Source: Nanobdellota archaeon (lineage in GTDB: Archaea; Nanobdellota; Nanobdellia; Woesearchaeales; WJIZ01). Taken from it: a stretch of 39,678 bases of DNA. Within the stretch, counting starts at the first letter, position 1. Every line of letters starts with the position of its first letter. The position numbers and the translations under genes are program-made. A model generated the notes under the pieces. That model was not told the origin of the DNA and ran no database searches. It saw only the letters and a program-made list of their open reading frames with translations. Below are positions 1 to 8,675 of the stretch, in pieces. The stretch spans positions 1-39,678 of the forward strand of contig JAUSJW010000003.1 of the NCBI GenBank assembly GCA_030647105.1. Direction: 5' to 3'.

Positions 1-1
1 G

Positions 2-559
2 GTCCTTCCCGCCTACCTCGTCGGCAGGGAAGTCGAGCAGAACACGCGCTTCAATATTACGCGTTCCATGCTTGTGCCATCCGGTGAGGGCTATGTTATC
101 AACCCGCTTTCCTCTGGCGCGTCGTACTTCTTCACCAACCGCGAACAGCAAGGAAAGGTCGAGCTCTTCATGAACCCGGAGGAATCCCCGTCACGAAAGG
201 CTCTCGAGAACATCCAGCAGGTCGCCCAGAAACGCCGTCTCGACCTCGTCGTCCATTTCCTCAAGCCAGCGGCGCAGAACCTTGTCTGCGTCAAAGAACT
301 CGAGCCTGAGAAATTGCAGCCCTTCCTCAGCTGCCTGGAGAAAGATGAGACTGAAAAGTGCTACGCGAATTACCAAATCAACCAGCAGGAAGTCGAGTCC
401 TGCGATGACGCGTCGATTCTCGCGAGCGACGCCCAGCGCGCCAAAGCCTTCTACATCAACACCGCTCCTGTCTTCGTCTTCAGCAACCAATACAAGAAAG
501 GTGGCTCATTAAGCCCTGAATTGCTAGAAGAAGCGTTCTGCAGCGTCAACGCCTGCTAA
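2..559 (+). CDS. Thioredoxin/DsbA-like fold protein, 5'-partial (C-terminal part)
   Basis: Frame is open from position 2 (VLPAYLVGRE...). VELFMNPEESPS sits where a CxxC normally is, and INTAPVFVFSNQY resembles the cis-Pro GTPTFFING motif. A Cys-rich helical insert is present. Confidence 0.5.
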   Translation, partial: VLPAYLVGREVEQNTRFNITRSMLVPSGEGYVINPLSSGASYFFTNREQQGKVELFMNPEESPSRKALENIQQVAQKRRLDLVVHFLKPAAQNLVCVKELEPEKLQPFLSCLEKDETEKCYANYQINQQEVESCDDASILASDAQRAKAFYINTAPVFVFSNQYKKGGSLSPELLEEAFCSVNAC

Positions 560-1124
560 TTCCTTTTTTTCTTACTACATAGATGAACGTCGTAACATTA
601 TCCTGCTTGTCGCCGATGTTGCTATCGAGTATCTGAAGCCCATACATGGTCATGCCCATGATGCTCCCTACCGCGGCTACGTTGAGAAGTCTTCCATCGT
701 GGATGTCTCGCATCGCTTTTGCCGTGCTTTCAACTGCGATGCGTTCGGCGGAGGGATAGTTCGCTCCAAGATAGAGTTCACACTCGCGCAACGCCGTGTC
801 CTTCGAGCGAATTTCGGTGATATCCGAACGGCTTGCGTCAGGATGGATGCCGAGCGCAAGACAGATGTCCAAGTCGTGGCTATACTTTCTAGTAAACGTT
901 TCCCTCTCCTTCATCCTCCTTATGGTTTCCCCATAATCGCCGGCGATGCTGTTGCGAAACGGAACAACACCACCTTCCACCGTTTTACTGTCAACGGCGT
1001 CAAAGACCTCATCAATGGAACCGAGTGGAACCTTTTCAATATTATGCCTGCCGAGCCTCGCGGTAAACAGTTCAACCGCTTGCTGGGTGTAGGTTCCAGC
1101 GGGTCCCAAATAACCGATTCTCAT
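546..1124 (-). CDS. Stand-alone prephenate dehydratase-like catalytic domain (no ACT domain, altered motifs)
   Basis: IGYLGPAGTYTQQA N-terminus, GVVPFRNSIAG (normally P-x-ENS), STAKA, and DNVTTF in place of the conserved NxTRF motif. Confidence 0.8.
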   Translation of the reverse strand: MRIGYLGPAGTYTQQAVELFTARLGRHNIEKVPLGSIDEVFDAVDSKTVEGGVVPFRNSIAGDYGETIRRMKERETFTRKYSHDLDICLALGIHPDASRSDITEIRSKDTALRECELYLGANYPSAERIAVESTAKAMRDIHDGRLLNVAAVGSIMGMTMYGLQILDSNIGDKQDNVTTFIYVVRKKGISRR

Positions 1125-1175
1125 GAGAGAAAGGAATCAAAAGGAGAATATAAACGTAAGGAAAAAATAAAAAAA

Positions 1176-2441
1176 TTAAAGCTCGTTCGCCGTGAGCAAT
1201 TCAACACGCGTCTCGTCCTGGCCGACATGGCTGTCCATGCCAATCAGGATTTTGACGTCCGCGCGCTCGCAGCTTCTGACAAGCTCCTTCTCGATGGAGC
1301 CGTCGAACACAACCGCGTACACGCCGCGGCCCATGCTCTTCAATGTCGGCTCAAGCTCGGTCAAGGGCACCTTGCCAAGAACTGCCAGTTTGTCGTCCAA
1401 AACCTGCGCTCCGCGGGTTCCAACCAGGCTTTCAAGCATCTCGGAGAACGCTTTCTTCTGCTCCTCGGTCAGCTCCTTCCTTTTCAGGGGCTGCTGCTGG
1501 AGAGGCGCGCGCATAGGCGGTTGCTGCTGCATCATTGGAGGTCTTCCCGGTGGCATCGGCCTGGCGGAACCAAAGGGCTTGCGCGCCCCGCCGTTCGGGC
1601 CTTCTTTGTTGCCGATTTCCATCAGCGCCTGTTCGCCAGAGACGCGCGCTCGTAGGGAGTTGTGGATTTCCTTCTTGGTGATTTCCTCAACTTCCTTGCC
1701 GTCCGGCGCTTTCGTCACGAAATCCACTTCAGCGCGTGCAGTCACTTCCTTGATAATCAGGCTACCGCCCCTATCACCGTCAGTGAACAGCGTAACCGTC
1801 TTCTCCTTGCATAAAGGAATCAGGCTTTCAGGCATGTTGGTGCCGTTCATGGCCACCGCGTTCTTGAATCCGTGCTTCAAAAGATTGATGACATCAGCCC
1901 GGCCTTCGACCAGGATGATTTCATCGCTCTCTTCAATCGCGGGTCCGGCGGGCAATTTCTCAGGCCCCCATTCCGTGATTTCCATGACGCGGACAGAATA
2001 CGCGACCTCGTCAGCCAGTTCCTGGCTGTCGGGAATCGAGGATTCCATGAGGTTCTTGAGCAGTTGTTTAGCGCGCTCAATGACCTGCTTCCTTTTGCTA
2101 ATGCGAACATCGTCAATCTTCTCAATAATTAGATGCGAGTTGCAGGGTCCAATGCGCTGGATAATCTCCAAAGCCGCCGCGATAATCGCGGTCTCAGCCT
2201 TGTCCAGAGAACTCGGAACAAGGATTTTGCCCGAGGTCTTGCCTGCTTTGGTATCAGTATTGACCTCAATGCGGCCAATCCTTCCTGAACGCTGCAGTTC
2301 CCGTAATTCAAGGTCTGCTCCGAGAAGTCCTTCTGTCTGTCCGAAGATGGCTCCGATGACGTCAGGTCGGTCGACCACACCATCGATTGTGATGTTTGCT
2401 TGAATGATATATTTTGCTGAAACTGGGCTGACTTTTCCCAT
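1176..2441 (-). CDS. dnaG: Archaeal DnaG (TOPRIM domain; exosome-associated primase-like protein)
   Basis: GVVDRPDVIGAIFGQTEGLLG, LRELQRSGRIGRI, TOPRIM motifs LVEGRADV and DGDRGG. SD AAGGTGA lies upstream of the ATG. Confidence 0.96.
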   Translation of the reverse strand: MGKVSPVSAKYIIQANITIDGVVDRPDVIGAIFGQTEGLLGADLELRELQRSGRIGRIEVNTDTKAGKTSGKILVPSSLDKAETAIIAAALEIIQRIGPCNSHLIIEKIDDVRISKRKQVIERAKQLLKNLMESSIPDSQELADEVAYSVRVMEITEWGPEKLPAGPAIEESDEIILVEGRADVINLLKHGFKNAVAMNGTNMPESLIPLCKEKTVTLFTDGDRGGSLIIKEVTARAEVDFVTKAPDGKEVEEITKKEIHNSLRARVSGEQALMEIGNKEGPNGGARKPFGSARPMPPGRPPMMQQQPPMRAPLQQQPLKRKELTEEQKKAFSEMLESLVGTRGAQVLDDKLAVLGKVPLTELEPTLKSMGRGVYAVVFDGSIEKELVRSCERADVKILIGMDSHVGQDETRVELLTANEL

Positions 2442-2460
2442 AGTGGTTCACCTTGTGCTT

Positions 2461-2613
2461 GTAGAAAACGAGGGAAAAAATGGAGCCCGCCACTAACTCC
2501 CAAACTCATGGCTTGCCGTTGATTAGACGTCCCTTGCGGGGATTTTAGCGTAGCTCCTTTGAGTACTCTCGTGGCAGGCTTTTATGAACATGATAATCCC
2601 AATAGTTTTCTAC
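2461..2613 (-). ncRNA. Candidate rod-shaped structured RNA / long 5' leader of dnaG
   Basis: Nested inverted repeats on the minus strand: GTAGAAAAC/GTTTTCTAC, GGGA/TCCC, AGCCTGCCAC/GTGGCGGGCT, ACTCA/TGAGT, and an apical CCC-GCAA-GGG. TATA-like box at 2641-2648. Confidence 0.55.
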
Positions 2614-2640
2614 TGATATCCGCATAGAAGTCAAACGAGG

Positions 2641-2653
2641 TATAAAAAGGTTT
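2641..2653 (-). promoter_or_regulatory. Putative BRE/TATA promoter for the dnaG leader
   Basis: Minus strand reads AAACCTTTTTATA, ~28 nt upstream of the 5' end of the predicted structure. Confidence 0.5.
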
Positions 2654-2689
2654 GGATTATGAATTAATTTCTATATAGAAAAAATAGGT

Positions 2690-3082
2690 TTACTCCTCTA
2701 ATATCCCAAGAAGCAGACCGTACGCTAGAACATGGCGCGTCTTTGGAAGCCCCCCTAACAAAGGGAGCGCCAAGTCAAACACACGTTCTGCGATACTAAG
2801 CGTTGTGACTTCTCGGTCGCTTCCGCTCATCAGGCTGCCAATGTCTGCTCCTACCCCTCCTCTTCCAATCCAGACACCCCCTGCTTGGAGGCGTGTGATA
2901 TCAGGCAGACTACTTCCATCAGTGGTGCGCGCATAGGGCCCAAGAACAATATCTCTTAACGGAACATACAAAACTCGCCGTGAGGCATCTCCTTCAAGAG
3001 GCACCCTCAATCGTTCTGGAAGCGTATGAGAACCCAAGCCGACAAGGTAGGCAGGCAATAATCTGTTATCGTTCTCAACCAT
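2690..3082 (-). CDS. Hypothetical protein (~130 aa)
   Basis: ORF fills the gap between kbl and dnaG. Start moved to the ATG at 3082 (MVENDN), ~25 nt downstream of a TTATAA box. No family recognised. Confidence 0.55.
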   Translation of the reverse strand: MVENDNRLLPAYLVGLGSHTLPERLRVPLEGDASRRVLYVPLRDIVLGPYARTTDGSSLPDITRLQAGGVWIGRGGVGADIGSLMSGSDREVTTLSIAERVFDLALPLLGGLPKTRHVLAYGLLLGILEE

Positions 3083-3152
3083 ATTAAAGGAGAGGGCTTC
3101 CTGCCTTATAAGGCTGCTTGAGAACTGACAAAGCCAACTAGAGCGGCATACT

Positions 3153-4409
3153 TCATCCAAGAACTCCCGTCTTCTTTCCAGCCCGAACAGCAGCGGAAAC
3201 AAACTCTTCAATATCCTTCTCTGTATGCGCGGCGGAAATCTGCACGCGAATCTCGTCCCGACCAGCCGTCACAACCGGATACGACAGGTTCGTCGCGATG
3301 AATCCTTCCTCAAAGAGCGCCTTCGCGAAGTTTCTGCACTTGACGCTCTCGCCAATCAGGAGCGGCTGGACCGCGTGAATAGAGTCAGCAGCAAAAGCAA
3401 ATCCGGCTTCTTTCATCTTCTTCTTGAAAGAAGCGATATTCGCGTGCAGCTTCTCAATAAACTTCTTCCCTTCAGCACTATCAACCAGTTTTACCGAAGC
3501 CAATCCAGCTCCAGCAGTGCCAGGAGAAATCGAATTAGAATAGATATACGTCGGAGACGCCTCACGCAGGTAATCAATCATCAGCTTGTCGCTCACAACA
3601 TACCCACCGTCCGCTCCAAATCCTTTTCCAAGAGTCCCAATCAATAAGTCGCAGCGAGCAGAACAAAACTCTTCAACCCCCCTTCCACTTTTTCCAAAGG
3701 CGCCGATGCCATGGCTGTCGTCCACAATCGTCACAACACCTTCCTCAAACTCCTTTTCAAAAGATTTCGCGATGTCGCAGAACTTCTTCAAGTCTTGATA
3801 TTCTCCGAGCATGGAAAAGATCCCATCAGTAACTGCGACAACCCGCTTGAACTTCCCCTTGTTCTCATCAAGAATCCGTCTGAAGTCCTCTAAATCCAGA
3901 TGCTTGAACACTAGCCTGTTTTCTTTAGGCAAGTTAGCGACCCGAATCCCGTCAATAATGCACCGATGATTCAACTCATCCGAAACTACAAGCGTGTTGT
4001 CAGACACTTTTGTATCCTTCGCCTGGCCTTTAATCATGCATTGAATAACCGCCATGCTCGTCGCGAACGCGGAAGAAAACACCATACCCGATTCCCGGTG
4101 ATGAAACGCGGCAAGCGCAGATTCCAGCTCCTTGTGCACTTTCAAAGTACCGGAAATGAAGCGGACAGCTCCCGGTCCTGTTCCAAAGTGCCGTGATGCC
4201 TCCTCCTCTCCTTTTCTCAACGTTTCATGGAATCGCAATCCTAAATAGTCATTCGAGTTGAAGATAGAATACTTCTTTCCTTTAATCAATGCTTTAGGCG
4301 CGTGCCCGGCTTCATGCGAAAATCCCTCGAAAACCAGCTCCTCGCGTTTCGTCGTCCCAGCAGAATCAACTCTCGCCAATTCAGCTTGTAAGGTCTCGCG
4401 GAGACTCAT
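3153..4409 (-). CDS. kbl: Glycine C-acetyltransferase (2-amino-3-ketobutyrate CoA ligase), PLP class II
   Basis: FNSNDYLG, GAVRFISGT, SDELNH, DDSHG, PLP lysine in GTLGKGFG. Overlaps the upstream dehydrogenase by ATGA. Confidence 0.9.
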   Translation of the reverse strand: MSLRETLQAELARVDSAGTTKREELVFEGFSHEAGHAPKALIKGKKYSIFNSNDYLGLRFHETLRKGEEEASRHFGTGPGAVRFISGTLKVHKELESALAAFHHRESGMVFSSAFATSMAVIQCMIKGQAKDTKVSDNTLVVSDELNHRCIIDGIRVANLPKENRLVFKHLDLEDFRRILDENKGKFKRVVAVTDGIFSMLGEYQDLKKFCDIAKSFEKEFEEGVVTIVDDSHGIGAFGKSGRGVEEFCSARCDLLIGTLGKGFGADGGYVVSDKLMIDYLREASPTYIYSNSISPGTAGAGLASVKLVDSAEGKKFIEKLHANIASFKKKMKEAGFAFAADSIHAVQPLLIGESVKCRNFAKALFEEGFIATNLSYPVVTAGRDEIRVQISAAHTEKDIEEFVSAAVRAGKKTGVLG

Positions 4410-5359
4410 TTGCGTATCCCTAGCTTCTTCTTGAGCTCCTTAATCATGATGGTAGTCATCTCAGCCACTCCGTATGTATGCTTCCAGCCCCAGTCCTTGC
4501 GCGCCTGGCTGTCGTCAACACTCTGCGGCCAGGAATCGGCGATTTTCTGCCGGGCGTCAGGCACATACGTGCACGTGAACTTTGGCAGGTGCTTTTTCAC
4601 TTCAGCTGCGAGTTCAGCGGCCGAGAAGCTGATGGCCGCGAGGTTGTAGCTCGTGCGCACCGCGATTTTTTCGACTGGCGCTTCCATAAGCTTGATGGTG
4701 CCCTCGATGGCGTCGTCCATGTACATCATGGGAAGGATCGTATCGGGGCGCACGAAACACTCGTATTTCCCTTTCTGGAGCGCGTCGTAGAAAATTCCAA
4801 CCGCGTAATCCGTCGTTCCGCCGCCTGGCGGCGCCTTGTAGCTGATGAGGCCGGGATAGCGCAAGCTGCGCACGTCCAGGCCGTATTTATGGTGATAATA
4901 TTGGCATAGGAGTTCCCCAGAAACCTTAGTCACGCCATACATAGTCGTCGGCTCGAGAATTGTGTGCTGGGGCGTGTTGACGCGCGGTGTCGTGGGTCCG
5001 AACGCTGCGATGGAGCTCGGCCAAAACACTTTCTTTAGCTTGTGCTTCACAGCGAGGTCAAGGACAATCTTCAGGCTTTTCACGTTGAGCCGCCAGGCGT
5101 TGTCTGGATTCTTCTCACCGCTCGCGGAAAGCAGGGACGCGAGATGGTAAACCGTGTCTACCTGGTTGTGCACAATGAGGCTCTCAATCTCTCCTTTGTC
5201 GGTGGCGTCGCAAATCTCGTACGGCTCCATCTCCTCGGGAGGGTGAGGCTCACGAATATCGACGGCGATGATATTCTCTCTGCCGTATTTCGCCCTCAGG
5301 GCGGGAACAAGCTCAGAGCCAATCTGCCCAAAAGCGCCAATGACGAGGGTTTTTGCCAT
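4406..5359 (-). CDS. tdh: L-threonine 3-dehydrogenase (extended SDR / NAD-dependent epimerase family)
   Basis: GAFGQIG Rossmann motif, LLSASGE, PSSIAAFG, YGVTK catalytic motif, PGGGTTDYA, IADSWP. In an operon with kbl. Confidence 0.9.
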   Translation of the reverse strand: MAKTLVIGAFGQIGSELVPALRAKYGRENIIAVDIREPHPPEEMEPYEICDATDKGEIESLIVHNQVDTVYHLASLLSASGEKNPDNAWRLNVKSLKIVLDLAVKHKLKKVFWPSSIAAFGPTTPRVNTPQHTILEPTTMYGVTKVSGELLCQYYHHKYGLDVRSLRYPGLISYKAPPGGGTTDYAVGIFYDALQKGKYECFVRPDTILPMMYMDDAIEGTIKLMEAPVEKIAVRTSYNLAAISFSAAELAAEVKKHLPKFTCTYVPDARQKIADSWPQSVDDSQARKDWGWKHTYGVAEMTTIMIKELKKKLGIRK

Positions 5360-5472
5360 TCAAGGCTACAAAGTGGCTCGATTTTTAAAGATATTGGCGA
5401 AACTAGGCCTGGGCTGGGGATATGAGGGTACTAGGGAAACGAAGCACGATTAAGAGCATCTCAATCATTTAG

Positions 5473-5511
5473 AAAAACCCTAAAGAGACCCCCGAAGGGG
5501 CCCCCTTAGGG
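5473..5511 (-). terminator. 15-bp GC-rich hairpin with cUUCGg loop followed by a T5 run
   Basis: Minus strand: CCCTAAGGGGGCCCC-TTCG-GGGGTCTCTTTAGGG-TTTTT, with three G-U pairs. Confidence 0.5.
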
Positions 5512-5613
5512 AAAAAGAGGTAATCCTTTTGTAGAAGGCGCTTCTATATAAATGTTTCTTTTATGACACCATTCTTGAGTGGTTTCTATGAGTTTTCATT
5601 CTTGTGTGAAGTC

Positions 5614-5644
5614 GTAAAGGGACGAAGCCTCTGAGTCCCTTTAC
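5614..5644. repeat. Perfect 10-bp inverted repeat upstream of the rio1 promoter
   Basis: GTAAAGGGAC (5614-5623) / GTCCCTTTAC (5635-5644). Confidence 0.7.
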
Positions 5645-5698
5645 CGCTTCCCCCTATTCGCTATACTTTTATAAGCCGTATCCACACTCATCAAGAAC

Positions 5699-6451
5699 AT
5701 GACTCAGGACAAGTTCAAGACGATGCACAATGTCTTTGATAATTTCACCAATCTCACGCTCTTCAAGCTCATCTCCCAAGGCCACTTCGAGGGCCTCGAA
5801 GGCCCCGTAAGCATTGGCAAGGAGGCCAACATCTTCACGGCCAAGAAAGGAGACGGGAAAGTTATCGTGAAAATCTATCGCCTGGAAGCGTGCGACTTCA
5901 ATCGCATGTATGACTATATCAAGGAAGACTCGCGCTATATCAACCTCAAAGGAAAAAAGCGAAAAATCATCTTCGCCTGGGTACAGCGCGAGTTCCGCAA
6001 CCTCATGAAGGCCAGAGAAGCGGGTGTCCGTGTTCCAACGCCGCTCACCTTCGCCAACAACATCCTGGTCCTCGAGATGATTGGCCAAGCGGAACCCGCG
6101 TCAAAATTGAAAGATGAGGTTCCCAAAGACAAGCAGGCCTTCCTGGACGCTATCCTAGACAATATGGCTCTGCTCAACAAGGCAGGCCTTGTCCACGCCG
6201 ACCTCTCCCCCTTCAACATCCTCAACGATAGGGAAAAGCCCGTCTTCATCGATTTCTCCCAGTGCACACCACTTGACTCCACCCGATTCGAGGAATTCCT
6301 CACCCGCGACCTGCGCAACATCCACACGTTCTTCAAAAAGGTCGGCCTTGATGTGGATATCGAGGAAATGCGCGCGAAAGTAACACGATTCCAGAGGCCA
6401 GAGACCAAGAAGGAGCTTCGCAGGACCGCGCTCTCAGCCAGCTCCCAGTAA
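5699..6451 (+). CDS. rio1: RIO1 family atypical Ser/Thr kinase
   Basis: SIGKEANIF, VKIYR, WVQREFRNL, LVHADLSPFNIL, FIDFSQ. Conserved archaeal neighbourhood with a KH protein and topo VI. Confidence 0.95.
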   Translation: MTQDKFKTMHNVFDNFTNLTLFKLISQGHFEGLEGPVSIGKEANIFTAKKGDGKVIVKIYRLEACDFNRMYDYIKEDSRYINLKGKKRKIIFAWVQREFRNLMKAREAGVRVPTPLTFANNILVLEMIGQAEPASKLKDEVPKDKQAFLDAILDNMALLNKAGLVHADLSPFNILNDREKPVFIDFSQCTPLDSTRFEEFLTRDLRNIHTFFKKVGLDVDIEEMRAKVTRFQRPETKKELRRTALSASSQ

Positions 6452-6489
6452 AACTAAAGATATAAAAACGCCCCGCCGTTTTCAAAACC

Positions 6490-7044
6490 ATGGAAAATCT
6501 CCGTACCGAGCTCAAGATTCCGAGGGAACGCATCGCTGTTCTTATCGGAAAGGACGGCGCTATCAAGAGCGAGATAGAGGAGAATACCAAGACCAATCTC
6601 GAGATTGACTCAAAGGAAGGTGATATTTTCATCACCGGACCCGACGGCCTCGGCATCTACACCGCGAAGGAAATCGTAACGGCGATAGGGAGAGGATTCA
6701 ATCCGGAAATCGCGATGCTCCTTCTCAAGGTCGATTACGCGTTCGAGAATCTCAGCCTCCAGGAATATATGGGCAAGTCTAAGGACGCCATCCAACGGGT
6801 CAAGGGCCGCATCATCGGCTCCGAAGGCAAGACGAGAAAGCATATCGAGGAGCTCACCGAGACATCCATCTCAGTCTTCGGCAAGACAGTCTCCATCATC
6901 GGCGAGATTCAGAGCGTCATCGTGGCGAGGCGCGCCGTGGAGATGCTCATCGAGGGCTCGACGCACAGTTCAGTCTACAAGTGGCTCGAGCGCAAGCATC
7001 GCGAGCTTAAGCGGGCGGAGGCGGCCGAAAGATGGCAGAAGTGA
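6490..7044 (+). CDS. KH-domain rRNA processing protein (Dim2/Pno1 family)
   Basis: [39 protein letters not shown]. Confidence 0.93.
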   Translation: MENLRTELKIPRERIAVLIGKDGAIKSEIEENTKTNLEIDSKEGDIFITGPDGLGIYTAKEIVTAIGRGFNPEIAMLLLKVDYAFENLSLQEYMGKSKDAIQRVKGRIIGSEGKTRKHIEELTETSISVFGKTVSIIGEIQSVIVARRAVEMLIEGSTHSSVYKWLERKHRELKRAEAAERWQK

Positions 7045-8675
7045 ATACCAAGGCGCACGAGCTGGCCTTGAAGCAGCGTGAAATTGGCGTTGCGGAGTTC
7101 TTCGCGAGAAATCGTCACTTATTGGGCTTTGACAACAAGCGAAAGGCCCTGATGACCGCGGTCAAGGAAGCGGTCGACAACAGCTTAGACGCGTGCGAGG
7201 AAGCCGATATCCTTCCGGAAGTGATTGTTGACATCGTCGACCTAGGCAACGAGCGCTTCCGCGTCGTCATCGAAGACAACGGCCCCGGCATCATCAAGAA
7301 GCAGATTCCCAATATCTTCGCCCGCCTTCTGTACGGCAGCAAGTTCTTCAAATTAAGTCAGTCCCGCGGTCAGCAGGGCATCGGAATTTCCGCAGCTGTC
7401 ATGTACGGCCAGCTCACAACTGGAAAGGCCGCGAAGATTATCTCGAAGATTCACCCCGATGAGCCCGCGCATTATTACGAGCTCCAGCTGGATACCCAGC
7501 AGAACCGCCCGGAAATCCTCAAGGAAGAGACGCGCGAGTGGAAAAAGGACCACGGCACAAGGGTCGAAATCGAGCTCGAAGGCTCGTATATTCAAGGCAG
7601 CCAGAGCATCGATGAGTATCTCAAGGAAACAGCCATCGTCAACCCGCACGTCACGATTATCTACACGAATCCGAAAGCGGAACAGTTCGTCTTCGCGAGA
7701 GCCTCCGAGGAGAAGCCCAAAAAGCCGGTGGAAATCAAGCCCCACCCCTATGGTGTGGAACTCGGCGTCATGCAGACCATGCTCAAGCAGACAGACGCGA
7801 AGACGCTCAAGAGTTTTATGATGAACTCTTTCGAGCGCGTTGGCGACACGACCGCGAAGCAGATTTGCGAGAACTCCGCCCTCCTTCCCGAAACCAAGCC
7901 AGACAATATGTCCCGTGAGATGGTCGAGAAGCTCGTTGAGGGCATCAAGAAGACCAGAATCATGGCCCCTCCCACAGACTGTATCTCACCTTTGGGCGCT
8001 GAACTGTTGGAAAAGGGCCTGAGAAAGGAAATCAACGCGGAATTCTACGCTGCCGTGACCCGGGCGCCGGAAGTCTATCGTGGAAACCCATTCGTCATCG
8101 AAGTCGGCGTCGCCTATGGGGGAGAGCAGCCAGCTGACCAGCCCGTACGATTGATGCGCTACGCCAATCGAGTTCCGCTCCTCTACCAGCAAGGCGCCTG
8201 CGCCGTAACAAAAGCGCTGATGGCGACGAACTGGAAGGCGTATGGCATGCAGCAGAGCCGCGGCGCCTTGCCCGTCGGACCCGCGACCGTTGTCGTGAGC
8301 ATCGCTTCGGTCTGGGTCCCCTTTACTTCGGAAAGCAAGGAAGCTGTCGCTCATTATCCTGAAATCTTGAAGGAAGTCACCCTCGCGCTCCAGGACTTAG
8401 GCCGCCGATTAGGTTCCTATGTCGGCAAGAAGCACCGTATTTTAGCCGAAGGCAAGAAGCGCGACTACATCCAGCGCTTCATCCCACACGTCGCTGAAGC
8501 GTTGAAAGAGCTCATCGGCATCAAGGACACAAAGAAAGTCGAGGACATCCTCTACGAAATCCTTGAGCACACCCGTGGCGAATTAGAAGAAATCGGCGTG
8601 GACAATCCTGAGTATGACGAGAGCCTCGCGAAGATAGGCAAGGACGAGAAAGAGGAGGAGAGTTACGATGACTAA
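7032..8675 (+). CDS. top6B: DNA topoisomerase VI subunit B
   Basis: GHKL motifs [26 protein letters not shown]; [11 protein letters not shown]; [10 protein letters not shown]. Confidence 0.97.
   Translation: MAEVNTKAHELALKQREIGVAEFFARNRHLLGFDNKRKALMTAVKEAVDNSLDACEEADILPEVIVDIVDLGNERFRVVIEDNGPGIIKKQIPNIFARLLYGSKFFKLSQSRGQQGIGISAAVMYGQLTTGKAAKIISKIHPDEPAHYYELQLDTQQNRPEILKEETREWKKDHGTRVEIELEGSYIQGSQSIDEYLKETAIVNPHVTIIYTNPKAEQFVFARASEEKPKKPVEIKPHPYGVELGVMQTMLKQTDAKTLKSFMMNSFERVGDTTAKQICENSALLPETKPDNMSREMVEKLVEGIKKTRIMAPPTDCISPLGAELLEKGLRKEINAEFYAAVTRAPEVYRGNPFVIEVGVAYGGEQPADQPVRLMRYANRVPLLYQQGACAVTKALMATNWKAYGMQQSRGALPVGPATVVVSIASVWVPFTSESKEAVAHYPEILKEVTLALQDLGRRLGSYVGKKHRILAEGKKRDYIQRFIPHVAEALKELIGIKDTKKVEDILYEILEHTRGELEEIGVDNPEYDESLAKIGKDEKEEESYDD

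Noticed and set aside
1192-2403. Long antisense ORFs (403 aa here; also 699-1655, 18208-19122, 23527-24414, 30666-31517, 34046-34816, 36424-37200)
   Set aside because: They lie opposite well-supported genes, lack motifs, and are expected shadows of biased codon usage.
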